Assembly (NCBI GenBank): GCA_946965045.2 | Contig: OX337229.1 | Location: forward strand, 1,364,001-1,428,000 | Length of the DNA stretch: 64,000 bases | Source: Epithemia pelagica | Taxonomy: Eukaryota; Protista; Bacillariophyta | Reading direction: 5' to 3' | Part shown: positions 63,113 through 64,000 of the stretch, in pieces | Numbering within the stretch: the stretch's first letter is position 1 | Layout: each line of letters starts with the position of its first letter | The notes under the pieces: model-generated | What the model saw: the letters and a program-made list of their open reading frames with translations, nothing else | Database searches by the model: none | Told to the model about the DNA's origin: nothing | Position numbers and translations under genes: made by a program

Positions 63113-64000
63113 CTAAGTAAACAATCGCTTCTGAGTGACTGGGGATATAGAATCAATGATATCCAAGAGCTGGATCATGCGGCACCGAGTTCTGGCTAAA
63201 GAGTTTATCCGTTTTTTGACCAGCAGTAGCTCTTCCGTCGACAGAACATTGCTCTGCAATTGTCTCCCCATTTGTTTCTGTTGCTCCATATGTCTTAACT
63301 TCGAGAAGACAACGTGCCAAAGAAGGTCGATGTCATCCTGAACCTGAGAGTTTTGTCCAGGACTTTCCGCGGAATCTGAACTTGCTACTGTGTTTTCTAT
63401 GTCGTCTACTTCACCCATTGCTTCAACTTCAGCTCGCAGCTTCGCGACACCGTGGTGAAGATTTGCATCATTTAACCAATTATGGTTGATCGACAAAGTA
63501 TCCTCTAAATTTTCAACTGTGTGAAACCATCTGTGCCGGTTGTTGTTTCGTGAATGAGAAAGAAGTCGTCAGATTCCTTTCATCCTTTTGGCGTAGAAGA
63601 CAAGGGGTTCTTTACCTTGATGGGACGAATATGGTTTCCCCTTGCTCCTGATACACTTGAATCGCGTATTTTCTTGCCTGCATGGAAGATTTGCAAACGT
63701 CGTGTGAGTGATGACAGAAACAATGGGACGTGTATATGAAGGGAGGCAGACAAGACTTTATCGATTTCTTTACGCACCTTGGCAAGACCAGGAAACAAAA
63801 CGTTGGTCGTCGCACCGTCGCTTTGGTCAATGCTGTCAACATGGAGGTCGGCAAACAAATGTGTCGCCAGGCTTATGCCAAAGCAGTCGTACAGCAGATA
63901 TGTACATTGAGGCGGTACGAGATACCACAGCTTCCTCCCAGAGACGTTTGCTGACCAAGAAAACGAATTCAAAACATCGACATGAAGTACAGTACTCGTT
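63113..64000 (-). CDS. JMJD4: JmjC-domain hydroxylase, JMJD4-like (3' exons; gene starts beyond the window)
   Basis: SFSWSANVSGRKLWY, QEQGETIFVPS and a spliced WFHTVENLEDTLSINHNWLN. Confidence 0.8.

Noticed and set aside
1-64000. tRNA, rRNA, CRISPR, Fanzor/TnpB or LTR elements
   Set aside because: No cloverleaf/T-loop context, rRNA-like tract, repeat-spacer array, RuvC-type ORF or paired LTRs were seen by eye; tRNAscan, Infernal and HMM scans would be needed to exclude them formally.

Overview
Eukaryotic nuclear DNA, most likely from a diatom: short GT-AG introns, a diatom-type cyclin, a DUF6824-type protein and plastid-style presequences. About 25 host genes are tightly packed: TRM7-like, RPS24, FES1, PhyH, SET proteins, HDAC1, MMS19, AAA ATPase, cyclin, LNS2 phosphatase, NUP54, NOP2, OSCA, calpain, U1-70K, JMJD4-like and others. 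Four mobile elements cover about 12 kb: (1) a 5'-truncated APE-RT-RNaseH LINE with an intact ORF2, a sense-strand poly(T) tail and a 7-8 bp TSD; (2) a 5'-truncated RT plus restriction-like-endonuclease (CRE-like) retrotransposon; (3) a 605-bp MITE with a TA duplication; (4) a complete 2.7-kb piggyBac-family transposon. The piggyBac is the best candidate for a new system: its transposase looks intact, but it is flanked by CTAG rather than TTAA, ends in TGTC...GACA rather than CC...GG, and carries two perfect palindromes at each end. Other notable observations are a recurrent intergenic TACTCCTAG/CTAGGAGTA motif, ciliate-telomere-like (G4T4)n tracts in inverted orientation, promoter G-quadruplex motifs, a candidate G-protein gamma subunit and a SET-like plus MBD-like protein. 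No tRNA, rRNA or CRISPR features were seen. All family assignments are by eye from motifs; no searches were run.
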